Shown piece by piece: positions 63,155-64,000 of a stretch of 64,000 nt of DNA. The position numbers and the translations under genes were made by a program. Below the pieces are notes generated by a model that saw only the letters and a program-made list of their open reading frames with translations, did not search any database and was not told the origin of the DNA. Every line of letters starts with the position of its first letter. The first letter of the stretch is position 1. Source of the stretch: the human T2T-CHM13v2.0 reference genome, Homo sapiens; assembly GCF_009914755.1 (NCBI RefSeq), contig NC_060945.1. The stretch is one strand, 5' to 3'.

Positions 63155-64000
63155 AGATAGCTCTTATTATTTTGAGATACGTCCCATCAATACCTAATTT
63201 ATTGAGAGTTTTTAACATGAGGGGCTGTTGAATTTTGTAAAGGCCTTTTCTGCATCTATTGGGATAATCATGTGGTTTTTGTCTTTGGTTCTGTTTATAT
63301 GCTGGATTACATTTATTGATTTGCGTATATTGAACCAGCTTTGCATCCCAGGGATGAAGCCCACTTGATCATCGTGGATAAGCTTCTTGATGTGCTGCTG
63401 GATTCGGTTTGCCAGTATTTTATTGAGGATTTTTGCATCAGTGTTCATCAAGGATATTGGTCTAAAATTCTCTTTTTTGGTTGTGTCTCTGCCCGGCTTT
63501 GTTATCAGGATGGTGCTGGCTTCATAAAATGAGTTAGGGAGGATTCCCTCTTTTTCTATTGATTGGAATAGTTTCAGAAGGAATGGTACCAGTTCCTCCT
63601 TGTAACTCTGGTAGAATTCGGCTGTGAATCCATCTGATCCTGGACTCTTTTTGGTTGGTAAGCTATTGATTATGGCCACAACTTCAGAGCCTGTTATTGG
63701 TCTATTTAGAAATCCAACTTCTTCCTGGTTTAGTCTTGAGAGGGTGTATATGTCAAAGAATTTATCCATTTCTTCTAGATTTTCTAGTTTATTTGCATAG
63801 AGGGGTTTGTAGTATTCTCTGATGGTAGTTTGAATTTCTGTGGGGACGGTGGTCATATCCTCCTTATCATTTTTTATTGCATCTATTTGGTTCTTCTCTT
63901 TTTTCTTCTTTATTAGTCTTGCTAGTGGTCTATCAATTTTGTTGATCCTTTCAAAAAACCAGCTCCTGGATTCATTAATTTTTTGAAGGGTTTTTTTGTG
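63155..64000 (-). mobile_element. LINE-1 ORF2 internal fragment (linker/Z domain to early RT), L1PA-type, runs off the window
   Basis: ORF 63212..63856 (-) translates to L1 ORF2p ([39 protein letters not shown]). Fused to alpha satellite mid-RT with no 3'UTR or poly(A) at that junction. Confidence 0.96.

Overview
This is hominid (human or great-ape type) pericentromeric heterochromatin, not prokaryotic DNA, and it holds no intact protein-coding or RNA gene. About 77% is diverged ~171-bp alpha satellite. The monomers carry the pJalpha/A-box and I saw no CENP-B box, so this is old, non-kinetochore-type array. It falls into at least four sequence strata with two orientation switches. There is one ~4.5-kb GGAAT/GGAGT satellite-III-like block that carries three co-amplified Alu 3'-end fragments. 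Five LINE-1 pieces are present: a full-length but dead L1PA3/4-type element with a TSD, the long 5'UTR and an ORF0 relic; a very young ACG/A-type 3' fragment; an L1PA3-type 3' fragment; and two internal fragments lacking 3' ends at rearrangement-like junctions. Every non-L1 ORF in the track is a translation artefact of satellite DNA. I found no new gene system. The notable signals are structural: Alu-punctuated higher-order units in the pentamer satellite, repeated 340-bp (dimer-register) tandem duplications, relic multi-monomer periodicities, apparently out-of-order alpha strata, and a predicted twin-primed L1 at the right edge. All alignments were done by eye, and subfamily calls rest on recalled consensus sequences.
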